Positions 48,198-57,680 of a DNA stretch of 64,000 nt are shown here, piece after piece (the stretch's first letter is position 1; the number at the start of each line of letters is the position of its first letter). The translations under genes and the position numbers were made by a program. The notes under the pieces are model-generated. The model made no database searches. It saw nothing but the letters and a program-made list of their open reading frames with translations, and was not told where the DNA came from. The DNA is from a virus: the IMG/VR virus record IMGVR_UViG_3300044846_003008; one strand, given 5' to 3'.

Positions 48198-49649
48198 ATG
48201 TCGATAAATAATTCATATTTTAGCAAAAATAATACCATAATTTCAAATAGTACCACTAACACAGGGCGAAATCCTGTGATGGAACTATTTTATGGGTCAG
48301 TTATTAACACACAATATCCTAATGGTTATAGTCGTTTTATATTCGATTTAGATTTAGAGTTATTAACACAAAAGGTACTTGAAGGTACAATTTCCACAAG
48401 TTGTGGGGATGAGGTTAAACATACTTTAAGGATGATTAATACCTCAAGTTTTAGTGATTACTTAAATACCGATACGTCCCAAAGTAGGCAAAGAGCAACA
48501 TCGTTTGATTTATTTTTATTCAGAATACCTAATGAACAATTATGGGATGAAGGTGTTGGTTATGATTTCGCCGATTTAATTTATGAAGTAAAAAACGACA
48601 AAAATTATTCAGTTAGACCATCTAATTGGTATCAAACAACAACTATTGATACTTGGGTTCAGCCGGGGATTTATAACAACAACAACGCAGGTTTAGTTAA
48701 TTATAATGATTTAACTATCGTAGATACCCAACATTTTCAGTTTGGTGATGAGAACATTAGTTTTGATATGACTAATGAGATAAACGCTATCTTAGAAGGT
48801 TCATTAACTAATGTAACTGGTTGGGGGATTGCTTTTAAACCTCAAGTTGAAAACTTAACAGGGTTAACTGATAATTTTGAGGTCCAATTTTTTACTCGTC
48901 ATACCCAAACATTTTACGAACCATTCTTAGAAACATCATATAATGATTTAATCGAAGATGATAGAAATTTATTCACGTTGGGTAAAACTAATAAATTATA
49001 CTTATACCTATACGATAATGGAGTACCAATTAATTTGGACTTTAACCCAAATGTTACTCTTATTGATTCGTCAGGTGTTTCTATACCTGGGTTAACTAAT
49101 TTGACAAGTTGTCAAAGAACTAAAGGGGTTTACGAAATTTTAATACCACCACTTATTGGTTATAAAACACCTTGTACATTTTCAGATAAATGGTCGAACA
49201 TTAAACTTAACGGATTTGCTCTTCCTGATATTACAAATGACTTCACATTACAACCAATTAAAAATTCAATCCAAATTGGGTCAACGACATCTGCGGACCC
49301 TAAATTATATGGTTTTGATTTCTACGGGTTAAAACAAGATGAAAAAATATATAACACTGACATTCGTAAAGTGGGGGTAATAATTAAACAAGCATTCTCA
49401 ACCCAAAAATTATTACTGAAAGTCGATGCGTATTATCGAATTTATGTTAGGGAAGGTCAAACTGAGGTTGAAGTTCAAGATTGGACTAAAATTAATCGTA
49501 CACCAAATGAATACTATTTTATGTTTGATACGAGAGATAAGATACCTAATGAATATTATGTGGATATTAAAGTTGCTAGTAGTGGTGAGATTAATACCTA
49601 TAAACGACAAATCAAATTTCAAGTGGTTAATGTCAAATATTTAGAATAA
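48198..49649 (+). CDS. Hypothetical virion protein
   Basis: 483-aa beta-rich ORF after the hub gene; TATTTAT motif upstream. Confidence 0.6.
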   Translation: MSINNSYFSKNNTIISNSTTNTGRNPVMELFYGSVINTQYPNGYSRFIFDLDLELLTQKVLEGTISTSCGDEVKHTLRMINTSSFSDYLNTDTSQSRQRATSFDLFLFRIPNEQLWDEGVGYDFADLIYEVKNDKNYSVRPSNWYQTTTIDTWVQPGIYNNNNAGLVNYNDLTIVDTQHFQFGDENISFDMTNEINAILEGSLTNVTGWGIAFKPQVENLTGLTDNFEVQFFTRHTQTFYEPFLETSYNDLIEDDRNLFTLGKTNKLYLYLYDNGVPINLDFNPNVTLIDSSGVSIPGLTNLTSCQRTKGVYEILIPPLIGYKTPCTFSDKWSNIKLNGFALPDITNDFTLQPIKNSIQIGSTTSADPKLYGFDFYGLKQDEKIYNTDIRKVGVIIKQAFSTQKLLLKVDAYYRIYVREGQTEVEVQDWTKINRTPNEYYFMFDTRDKIPNEYYVDIKVASSGEINTYKRQIKFQVVNVKYLE

Positions 49650-49676
49650 ACAAATAATTAAATAAAAAAAAGAAAA

Positions 49677-49844
49677 ATGGGAAATGTAAGTGCAAATACT
49701 GAAACAATAATTTGTGTACTTGATTGTAGTGGTAATACTCAATCAATAACACCACCTCATCCGGTGTTTAGTGATTTATCAGGTGGAACTGTAACACAAC
49801 TTAATATGGTACAACTTGGTGGCCAGAATGGTCTTTACTCATAA
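49677..49844 (+). CDS. Small hypothetical protein (55 aa)
   Basis: Not in the track. MGNVSANTETIICVLDCSGNTQSITPPHPVFSDLSGGTVTQLNMVQLGGQNGLYS, with an A-rich leader and a following terminator. Confidence 0.7.
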   Translation: MGNVSANTETIICVLDCSGNTQSITPPHPVFSDLSGGTVTQLNMVQLGGQNGLYS

Positions 49845-49870
49845 AGATTAAAATTAACATAAAAATTAGG

Positions 49871-49893
49871 GGGGTTTATTAACCCCCTTTTTT
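49871..49893 (+). terminator. Intrinsic terminator
   Basis: GGGGTT-TATT-AACCCC with a T-tract. Confidence 0.7.
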
Positions 49894-49921
49894 GTTTAAT
49901 AGAGAATTTTATCTATCTTTG
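49891..49921 (+). promoter_or_regulatory. Bacteroidota-type housekeeping promoter
   Basis: TTTG (49891-49894), 19 nt, then TATCTTTG (49914-49921): matches the -33/-7 consensus TTTG...TAnnTTTG. Confidence 0.65.
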
Positions 49922-49938
49922 TAGAAACAAATTAGACG

Positions 49939-50364
49939 ATGAAAACATTTTTTAAACAACTCGGTAAAAGATTGTACGCCAAGTATCTATTGATGATTAG
50001 ATACAACACAAGTAAGCAAACTCAAATTTTAAGTCAAAATGAGAGGATTTGCAAGACTATATGTTATAAACTGATAAAACACTCCGACTCGAAGTTTCTA
50101 ATCGCCCCATTGTCAGGAAAACGATACATTAAAAATGAATCGTTAAAGATATTCATAATCCTTGACGACAAAAAAGTTACAATCACAAATCACGTTTACC
50201 ATTATGATGTGATTTTACCTCAAAGAGATTGGGATAGGTTGGTTTTAATGTATGATAATAAAACAGAATCAATTAGAGAGGAATTTGAGAATGAAATGAT
50301 GTCACAAATTGTTTGTTCCTTATCCACCATATTATCGAAAGTCTCTGAGAAATTAGAAGACTAA
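49939..50364 (+). CDS. Hypothetical protein, likely early
   Basis: 141 aa; has its own host-type promoter and terminator. Confidence 0.7.
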   Translation: MKTFFKQLGKRLYAKYLLMIRYNTSKQTQILSQNERICKTICYKLIKHSDSKFLIAPLSGKRYIKNESLKIFIILDDKKVTITNHVYHYDVILPQRDWDRLVLMYDNKTESIREEFENEMMSQIVCSLSTILSKVSEKLED

Positions 50365-50365
50365 C

Positions 50366-50398
50366 AAAAAACCCCCAAGTAATAATTGGGGGTTTTTT
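50366..50398. terminator. Bidirectional intrinsic terminator
   Basis: AAAAAACCCCCAA-N7-TTGGGGGTTTTTT between convergent genes. Confidence 0.85.
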
Positions 50399-50754
50399 TA
50401 TTTTAATTGTTCATTAATTATTTCTTTAATTATTCTGATTAACTCTCTTTCGGATAATCTAACAATTTTCTTTTTAGATTTGTTTTCTTTTGTTGTGTGA
50501 ACGTTATGAGTATCAACATCATAAGAACCCTCTTTATTTTTTTCCCAAACACCAACAACTCTCTTAACATTATTTTTTGTTGTACTTTTTACTTCTTTAT
50601 GATTTACTTCACTATCAACAAATTCTGTAAAAGGTCCTAAATGATTTGAATCCCATTTCTTCATTCCAAGTTCTATCGGTCCTGTATATTCGCCGGCACT
50701 TGATATTGTATCGGCTTCTTTTAATGGGACAATATGGATTTTTTGATTTTTCAT
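50398..50754 (-). CDS. Hypothetical protein with C-terminal RLSERELIRIIKEIINE motif
   Basis: 118-aa ORF; TATTTAT motif upstream. Confidence 0.65.
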   Translation of the reverse strand: MKNQKIHIVPLKEADTISSAGEYTGPIELGMKKWDSNHLGPFTEFVDSEVNHKEVKSTTKNNVKRVVGVWEKNKEGSYDVDTHNVHTTKENKSKKKIVRLSERELIRIIKEIINEQLK

Positions 50755-50781
50755 TACTATACTTTATAAATATCAATTATT

Positions 50782-51015
50782 ATGGAAGAACAAGAATTAT
50801 ACGGAAATTTATTTAACACCATCCCATTATTAAGTGAGGACCATTTAGAAATAATGTTAACCACTATGGATGAAAAAACCGCCTTGTATTATTTAACACA
50901 GGCGGTAAAATTTGCTTATCAAAATGGTATCTATTCTCTTGGGGAATGTGAAATTATATCTAAATCAATTAGATTAGTTCATAGACCATCAGAAGATAAA
51001 ACCGAAACTAATTAA
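50782..51015 (+). CDS. Hypothetical protein
   Basis: 77-aa ORF filling the gap between minus-strand genes. Confidence 0.6.
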   Translation: MEEQELYGNLFNTIPLLSEDHLEIMLTTMDEKTALYYLTQAVKFAYQNGIYSLGECEIISKSIRLVHRPSEDKTETN

Positions 51016-51017
51016 GA

Positions 51018-51716
51018 TTATGACTTAAATAATCCACCCGCGTTTGATGGGTCAACGGATGCAGTTACGTTAGTTTTTACCTCACCACCTTGTGTGGTTG
51101 CTGCGGGAGTTGTACCATCGGTTTTTACTTCACCACTTGGTGTTGTAACCGTTTTAGCCACTTTAGTTTTTATTGCATTTTGTAATGCGATAATAGTTTT
51201 AGGACCAACCTTACCATCAACAGTTAAACCTGCATTATATTTGGTATTTAACAATGTCTGTAATGCCTCAATTTTAGCACTTTTAACTTGTGGGTTAATT
51301 GGTTGTGCCGCACCTGCTGCGGGTGTTGCCGCGGGTTGACCACCTGTTTCTTCATTAGGAAAAACTAACGCCCCGTTAGAGTTTGATTGTAATGCCGCCT
51401 TAACATATGGTAACGCTTCAGGTGTTAGTTGTTTTGCGGTTACTTTATCCGCTAAAAATTTACTAATTTCCGCAACAGTCTTTGGTATTGTGGCTTTATT
51501 AGTTTCTACCCAACTATTTGCCGCGTCAATTAATTTTTTTTGTTCAGGAGTTGCGGATGAAACAATTTTAGGGATTGTTGTGTTAGTTTTAATCCCACCA
51601 CCTGTATTTAATGTTGAATTGGTTAACGCGTTACCTTGTGCTAATGGGTTGGCTTGTTCGTGTAAACCTAATATTCTTTCTTTTTCACTTTCCGTGATTG
51701 TGAATCTATTTTTCAT
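51018..51716 (-). CDS. Peptidoglycan-binding domain protein
   Basis: IEALQTLLN...GLTVDGKVGPKTIIAL (PG_binding_1 pattern); Ala/Thr-rich linkers. Confidence 0.72.
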   Translation of the reverse strand: MKNRFTITESEKERILGLHEQANPLAQGNALTNSTLNTGGGIKTNTTIPKIVSSATPEQKKLIDAANSWVETNKATIPKTVAEISKFLADKVTAKQLTPEALPYVKAALQSNSNGALVFPNEETGGQPAATPAAGAAQPINPQVKSAKIEALQTLLNTKYNAGLTVDGKVGPKTIIALQNAIKTKVAKTVTTPSGEVKTDGTTPAATTQGGEVKTNVTASVDPSNAGGLFKS

Positions 51717-51727
51717 ATTATATTTTT

Positions 51728-52408
51728 TTAGTTTTCAGATAATTTAGCGATTAATGCGTCAACATCACTGTCGGTTATTTGACCTGTTGGGTTTTGAATT
51801 CCGACTGATTGTTGTACTTGTTTAATTGTGTCCGTTATTTGTTGAGGGTTTAACGTTACTTGTCCACCAACTTTTGGAGAGCCCCCAACTTTTGGTTTTT
51901 CTTGTACAGTTTTCTTTTTACCTAAAATTTCCTCATTACTTTTTAATTCAGTTCCTTTACAATATCGTTTACGTAAAATATTAGTTAATGCACTACCTTG
52001 ATTCCCGTAACTTCTTTTACCATCATAACTTGTATAATAAAATGGTGTTTGACTAACCGTGATTGGTTGACATCCAAACTTAAAATACTTACCAATATTT
52101 AATTTTTTATTAGTTTGGTCAACAGTTACTATTGTTTGTGCGGGGACGTTTATTTTTTTACCACCAACTGCACCAATAAATGTTTGGTCATTTTGTAAAG
52201 TATAATTCAACCCATTAAATTGTTTTGTCGTTGTGGGTGGTGTAACCACTGTTGAATAGTCATATTGTGCTGGGTCAAAAGTCGAATCACCTTCACCACC
52301 GGCACCAATTTCGTTAATAAGATTTAAATATTGTTTTTTCGTTGAATTTTCGTGTAGTGATAAAATTCTTTTAATTTCATCGCTATCTATTTCAAATAAT
52401 TTTTTCAT
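51728..52408 (-). CDS. Hypothetical protein with a possible degenerate PG-binding C-terminus
   Basis: Shares an N-terminal I.xxE.KRIL.LHE motif with its neighbour; C-terminal IKQVQQSVG...TGQIT. Confidence 0.55.
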   Translation of the reverse strand: MKKLFEIDSDEIKRILSLHENSTKKQYLNLINEIGAGGEGDSTFDPAQYDYSTVVTPPTTTKQFNGLNYTLQNDQTFIGAVGGKKINVPAQTIVTVDQTNKKLNIGKYFKFGCQPITVSQTPFYYTSYDGKRSYGNQGSALTNILRKRYCKGTELKSNEEILGKKKTVQEKPKVGGSPKVGGQVTLNPQQITDTIKQVQQSVGIQNPTGQITDSDVDALIAKLSEN

Positions 52409-52442
52409 ATAAATTTTGTTTAATAATAAATATCGTTTAAAT

Positions 52443-52469
52443 AAAAAAAGGGACTGTGAAGTCCCTTTT
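52443..52469 (-). terminator. Intrinsic terminator after the major capsid gene
   Basis: AAAAGGGACT-GTGA-AGTCCCTTTT with a U-tract on the minus strand. Confidence 0.82.
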
Positions 52470-52488
52470 AGTATTAAGAAATAATTGA

Positions 52489-54291
52489 TTATCTCAATTC
52501 TTTCAAGTCGAATGTACGAACACCATCAACTGTGATTCTCGCGTAGAAACGGTTATTAACCATTTTCTTAGCGTATCTCGTCATTATACCTTTGATAGGT
52601 GTAAAGTTGAATGGGTTATACATTGTTGGAGTTAATTGTAACGGTACGTATGGTGCGTAGATGTAACCTGTGTCTAACAATGATGTTCCTTTGTGTCCAA
52701 TCAATACTGTGTTTGATGGGAAGTAAGGGTCACGGTAAACTTGGTAACGACCTGCTAATGTACCAACTCTTTCAATACCCATATTGTATTGGTCTTGCTC
52801 AGGAGACGCGTTAGATACGTGGAAGTATTCTAAATCGTCAAAGATAGCTGAAACTTCAGAAGAAACAACAATCCAGTTAGCTCCACCTCTCAATGTAGAT
52901 TTGTGAATTTGTGCTGATAATTGGTTAATAGCCGTAATCAACGTTTGATTCCAATCTTTTTGAGTATAAGATGTTGTTTGTTGGATTCTTCTCCATCCGT
53001 TGTAATCCCAACGTAAATTCCAAGCCGCTCCTTTACGTAAGTCACGTAAAATTTCACGGTCAATCTCAGCCGCAACTTGTTCAGATAACAATGCAGTTAA
53101 CTCAGCCTCAGCGTCGATGTTATGGAAAGCCGCAACGTCTTGAGCTAACTCAGGTGACCATTGTGCTCTTAATTTTCTTTCAGTAACTGATACTGTAACT
53201 GACTCTAAGTCAAAAGATACCTCACCAATTCTGTCTTCGAATTCTAATTCTTCGTAACGTTTAAATACTGCTACGAAAGAGTCAGTAGTGTCTGCAGAAA
53301 CGATAGTTGTTCCTGTGTAACCATCTAATGTGTCAGCACCACAACCAACACAAGCTGGACAAGATAAATCCACTTCTAAATAGATGAAACCATTTGCGTC
53401 ACAAATATTTTTGAATGAACCACCATTTCCTGTAGTTGCGAATGTTGTATTAACTGTGTTACCATATTGAACGATACCTTTACCATATTGTTGTGTAACA
53501 ACTCTAAATAATAATGGTGTGTTAGCGGCAACCGCACAAGCTGAATCAACGTCGATTGATAAACCAGCACCTTTAGTGATGATTAAGTCAGATAAAAATT
53601 CTTCAGTATCCATTTCGTTACCGTTAGGTCCGATTAATTTACCCGCTCCTGTTTCAGCAAAACCTGATAATTTGATAATTACTTTTCTTACAGTTTCACC
53701 ATCTAATTGGTCAGTTTGGTCAACTAATTCAGAACCTGACCAAATTTGAACTCTTGTGTCTGCAGTAATTACTTCAAAAGAACCTTTTGAGTAATCGAAC
53801 AAACCTGCTGGGTCCAATCCTGGTTCAGCACCTTCATAAAATAAATCATAAAGATTTTTGTTACCATAAGTAGAACCATCACCATATCCAGCACCTACTG
53901 ATGCAGGTCCGTCCGGAGCTCCAAATGGTTTAAAGTGTTCGTTACCATTGTTGTAACCTTGAATTTTAGGTACGAAGTAGAACAATTTACCGATTGGTAA
54001 GTTCATTGCTTGTACAGAAACGATATCATTCGCTAATAATTTAGAGAATACACGTCTAACGATAGGGAAAACTACAGTTTCAAACGCTCCGTTTGAACCT
54101 TCTGAAGTTGCCTCGTTAATTAAGAAAGACGCTTGATTCTCATATAATTGAGCTACGTTTTCTTTTAAGTGACCTGATAAGTCTTCTAAGAAACCTAATT
54201 TGTCCCATTTGTTGATTGTATCTTCTTTGATAACTTTAAGGTGTTTTAACCCGATGTTACCTACAAGACCTGATTCTAATAATGCTCCCAT
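52489..54291 (-). CDS. Major capsid protein (T4 gp23-like)
   Basis: FPIVRRVF, VSVQAMNLPIG, RKLRAQWSPELAQD, EIDREI, YAPYVPL and GIMTRY. Confidence 0.97.
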   Translation of the reverse strand: MGALLESGLVGNIGLKHLKVIKEDTINKWDKLGFLEDLSGHLKENVAQLYENQASFLINEATSEGSNGAFETVVFPIVRRVFSKLLANDIVSVQAMNLPIGKLFYFVPKIQGYNNGNEHFKPFGAPDGPASVGAGYGDGSTYGNKNLYDLFYEGAEPGLDPAGLFDYSKGSFEVITADTRVQIWSGSELVDQTDQLDGETVRKVIIKLSGFAETGAGKLIGPNGNEMDTEEFLSDLIITKGAGLSIDVDSACAVAANTPLLFRVVTQQYGKGIVQYGNTVNTTFATTGNGGSFKNICDANGFIYLEVDLSCPACVGCGADTLDGYTGTTIVSADTTDSFVAVFKRYEELEFEDRIGEVSFDLESVTVSVTERKLRAQWSPELAQDVAAFHNIDAEAELTALLSEQVAAEIDREILRDLRKGAAWNLRWDYNGWRRIQQTTSYTQKDWNQTLITAINQLSAQIHKSTLRGGANWIVVSSEVSAIFDDLEYFHVSNASPEQDQYNMGIERVGTLAGRYQVYRDPYFPSNTVLIGHKGTSLLDTGYIYAPYVPLQLTPTMYNPFNFTPIKGIMTRYAKKMVNNRFYARITVDGVRTFDLKELR

Positions 54292-54328
54292 TTTTAGTTT
54301 TTGTTTTTTATTTGTTTTTAGTTTATTT

Positions 54329-55771
54329 TTATTTTATTTTCGTCATCAAATCTTTCATTCTAAGGAATTGTGGATTTTCATACGTTTTTGATTCAATCAA
54401 ATTAACCGCTGACCCTGTAGAAGGTGATTTGTCAATTGTTCTTTCGATTGATTCGTTGATTGGTTTTGAATTATTTCCTGATAACTCTTCTTTAAGAGAT
54501 TGGAATAAATTCTTAGATTCTTTAATTGTTTCTACAGAATCAAAACGTCTTAAAATATTTATTTTCTCTTGTTTAGTTGTTGTATGTTCAGTGAACAAAC
54601 GAGTAGCGTAAGCTAAGTTTGAATTGAATACTGCAACTTCATTAAGTTTATTTCTAAATACATTAAGTGCTTTTCTGTATTCTTCGTTTTTCTCTCTAAG
54701 AATTTGTAATTCTTTTCTATTTTCACTTTCTTTGATAGCGGTATTAAATGAAGAATGTGCTCTTGGTTTTGGTAAACCACCTTTTCTGAAATTAGACCCA
54801 TTAGCTTTAGTTCTTGCAGCTTCTTTAGCTTCTACTTTTTTAGGTTTAACTTTAAATTCACCATCTAAATTTTCACCATCTTTATAAGAGAAACCTTTTT
54901 TAGCGTTACCTGTACCTACTGACTTAGGACCTTCTTTTCTTTTTGTTGCGAAACCTTTACCTTGATTTGGTTTAGAATCATAGTTGAATTTTGGTTTACC
55001 CATACCAACACCTTTTGGTTTGATAGAGTTTTTAGATTCCATTACAGGTTCTTCATCTTCTTCTTCAACGTCTTCTTCATCCATTTCGATTTCGTACATA
55101 ACGTTATCGTCTTCTTCTAAATCATCAACATCTTCGAATTCGTCAAGACCTGACATATCGTCTTGTTCATTAAACAATCTTTCAACAATCGAGTCAACAT
55201 CGTCTTCCTCGTCAAAATTCATTTCATCTTCTTCTTCAAGAGAGTCCAAATTCATTTCATCTTGTTCTTCTAAATCATCCCATTCAAACATTTCTTCATT
55301 TTCCATTTCCTCATCTGATTCTTGTACTATCATATATTCTTTGTTTGTTGAATTATCTTTTAAACTGATATTCCCCTCGTTATCTTTTTTAACGATTACC
55401 TCGTCTTCAGGACCCATTAATTGGAAAACTCTTAAAACTTCTTCATCACTAACATCATCGCCAGTTAAATCAATCGGTTCTTCATCGTCCATTTCCATAT
55501 CAAAGTCCTCTTCTCCTTGAGAATCAATGTCAAGATTATCAATATCCATATCTGCGTCTAAATCTGTGTCTTCCACATCATCTTCTACATCCATTTCAAC
55601 ATCTGTGTCTTCAATCTCATCTTCTTGTTCGAATAGAGACTCTTTTACCAATTCTTTGATTTCTGCTTTCATTGTTGAAGCAAGTATTCCTTTTGCGTTT
55701 TCTGCGACGGCTTCTTCCAAGTTTTTCATTTGGATAAATGCGTCTTCTACTAAAGAGTTTTCTTTTGCCAT
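54329..55771 (-). CDS. Prohead core / scaffolding protein (gp22-like)
   Basis: Very acidic centre and coiled-coil C-terminus; lies between the protease and MCP genes; many (I/L/V)xE sites. Confidence 0.75.
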   Translation of the reverse strand: MAKENSLVEDAFIQMKNLEEAVAENAKGILASTMKAEIKELVKESLFEQEDEIEDTDVEMDVEDDVEDTDLDADMDIDNLDIDSQGEEDFDMEMDDEEPIDLTGDDVSDEEVLRVFQLMGPEDEVIVKKDNEGNISLKDNSTNKEYMIVQESDEEMENEEMFEWDDLEEQDEMNLDSLEEEDEMNFDEEDDVDSIVERLFNEQDDMSGLDEFEDVDDLEEDDNVMYEIEMDEEDVEEEDEEPVMESKNSIKPKGVGMGKPKFNYDSKPNQGKGFATKRKEGPKSVGTGNAKKGFSYKDGENLDGEFKVKPKKVEAKEAARTKANGSNFRKGGLPKPRAHSSFNTAIKESENRKELQILREKNEEYRKALNVFRNKLNEVAVFNSNLAYATRLFTEHTTTKQEKINILRRFDSVETIKESKNLFQSLKEELSGNNSKPINESIERTIDKSPSTGSAVNLIESKTYENPQFLRMKDLMTKIK

Positions 55772-55896
55772 TTAAAAATGTTTGTTTTATTTCTTAATAA
55801 ATATTACCATTTTTAAAAAAAACTTAATTTTGGGATTTACTGTGTCAAATATTTTTAATATCTTGTTAAATTTTTAATAAAAAAATTTTTAGGCAT

Positions 55897-55927
55897 AAAA
55901 AAAAGGAGAGATATAATCCCTCCTTTT
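55897..55927 (-). terminator. Intrinsic terminator
   Basis: AAAAGGAG...CTCCTTTT stem with a U-tract on the minus strand. Confidence 0.65.
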
Positions 55928-55946
55928 ACATTATTGAATTTTAAAA

Positions 55947-56165
55947 TTAATCTTCTATCACTTCATCTATTTTGCTTTCAACAATACCTGTTATCCTCCA
56001 ATCCATTGTATAATTCTCATATACTTTGGTAACTTTCGCCTCAACGTCAGTCGGACTATAACCTTTTACTAATTTTTCTTCTCTTAGTTTTTTAACTTTT
56101 CCTGATTCTGCATCTAACAAATCAGAGCAAATTTTAGCTACGAAATATTTTTCTCCTTGTTCCAT
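55947..56165 (-). CDS. DUF4494-like small protein
   Basis: YFVAKI...GKVKKLREEKLVKGYSPTDVEAKV...RITGIVESKIDEV resembles the Bacteroidota DUF4494 family. Confidence 0.6.
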   Translation of the reverse strand: MEQGEKYFVAKICSDLLDAESGKVKKLREEKLVKGYSPTDVEAKVTKVYENYTMDWRITGIVESKIDEVIED

Positions 56166-56178
56166 AAATTAATTGTTT

Positions 56179-56901
56179 TTATCTGTTTCCCAAATAATCG
56201 TTCAATTTCTTCATTAAGTCAAGCGATTTATTACCTCCTTCTAATTCTTTTTCTTTTCTTGATTGATTTTCTTCTTCGATGTTTTCATCAAACTTCATTC
56301 TATCGTTAGGGTCTAAGAATAAATAAGCCCCCGGTGTTGACGGTGATGATACTAAGTCAAAACAAATTAATTCGAAATCATCTTGAACTTCATTTTGTTC
56401 TCCGACTTTTTTAAGTGAACCAACCCCTCTTGATGAAATACCTAAAGTAACACCTTGTCTTAGGTAGTTAGCCGCCATATCACCTTTAGTTGATACAATA
56501 CCTCTCTCGTGAAATCCTGGGCTTGTAAGTAATTTTAATTTACCCATTAATACATTACCTTCCCACCATACTTCTGTAATCATATGTGAAACACGGTCCA
56601 AATCAATTAAAGAAGATTCAGGGTGGTTTAACTCTGAAAGTGCCACCCCTTTATCAATCATTTTTTTGTAGTTATCCGCTTCACGTTTTAAAATACGTTC
56701 AGGATAAACTCTACCATTTCTGTTTGGTGTATTGTATTTTTGTAAAACTGCGTAAAATTCGAATGGTTTAGAATGGTCTAAAAAACTTTTAGATTCCATA
56801 ATGTAAGAATTACTCTCAGTCTTTGGGGAAATAAATCCCGCATCATATTCTATTAATATTCCCCTACCTGTTTCATTAGGGTTTAAAATTTTTAAACTCA
56901 T
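56179..56901 (-). CDS. Prohead core protease (T4 gp21-like)
   Basis: NRNGRVYP, ELNHP, LGISSRGVGS and DLVSSPSTPGA. Confidence 0.95.
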   Translation of the reverse strand: MSLKILNPNETGRGILIEYDAGFISPKTESNSYIMESKSFLDHSKPFEFYAVLQKYNTPNRNGRVYPERILKREADNYKKMIDKGVALSELNHPESSLIDLDRVSHMITEVWWEGNVLMGKLKLLTSPGFHERGIVSTKGDMAANYLRQGVTLGISSRGVGSLKKVGEQNEVQDDFELICFDLVSSPSTPGAYLFLDPNDRMKFDENIEEENQSRKEKELEGGNKSLDLMKKLNDYLGNR

Positions 56902-56923
56902 CTTGATGTTTTAATAATAAATA

Positions 56924-57394
56924 TTAAACATCTTCGGTTTGTATCGTTTCTTTGGGTGTTTTAATGTTTTTGGATAAGTAAAATTTAAAATGGGGGTTTG
57001 TTTTAAAATTATCTAAAAATATTTGTGAAGTAATATCTTTTAGAGTATCTTTAACCATTCTATCTTTAAAATTTAATGTGGTATCGTTAATGTAAAAATT
57101 AATCTCAAGATTCATAAACGATTTTTTATTTAGATTTAAACCACTTGACCTTAAATCTAAGTCGACGATAAATTTATCATCAAATATTGTGTTTTTAGTT
57201 TTTTCGTAAACTGAATGTTTAATCGCTCTGCTTAAGTTAAGTACAACTCGTGACCAATTATCAACGTCTTTTTTAGGTTCGACCCAAGTTTGTATGTTTA
57301 GGTATAGTGATTTTAAATTCAATGAATCAACTGTTCCGTATAAAACTTTCGCAGTTTTAAAACCTTGGATTTTTGAGGTTTTCCCTTTTTTCAT
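56924..57394 (-). CDS. Hypothetical protein
   Basis: 156-aa basic ORF preceded by TTGACT-N17-TACATT (57427-57457). Confidence 0.7.
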   Translation of the reverse strand: MKKGKTSKIQGFKTAKVLYGTVDSLNLKSLYLNIQTWVEPKKDVDNWSRVVLNLSRAIKHSVYEKTKNTIFDDKFIVDLDLRSSGLNLNKKSFMNLEINFYINDTTLNFKDRMVKDTLKDITSQIFLDNFKTNPHFKFYLSKNIKTPKETIQTEDV

Positions 57395-57485
57395 TATTTT
57401 TCATATTGTATAACGTTTATTTTTATTAAATGTAAGTATATTTACAATAAGAGTCAAAAACCTCATAATTTAACAAAAAATTAAT

Positions 57486-57680
57486 ATGCTAATAGTAAAA
57501 GTAGGAAAAGATAAAAACATCGAAAGGGCGTTAAAACAATACAAAAGTAAGATTATTAAGACGAGACAAATGTCCGAGTTGGTAAATAGAAAAGAGTTCG
57601 TTAAAACTTCGGTTAAAAAAAGAAACGTACTTAACAAAGCTAAGTACGTTCAAAAAATGTATAAATCAAACAAAGATTAA
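57486..57680 (+). CDS. rpsU: 30S ribosomal protein bS21 (phage-encoded)
   Basis: MLIVKV...NIERALKQYKSK..KT....EL..RKEFVKTSVKKR....KAKY; Bacteroidota-type sequence. Confidence 0.92.
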   Translation: MLIVKVGKDKNIERALKQYKSKIIKTRQMSELVNRKEFVKTSVKKRNVLNKAKYVQKMYKSNKD

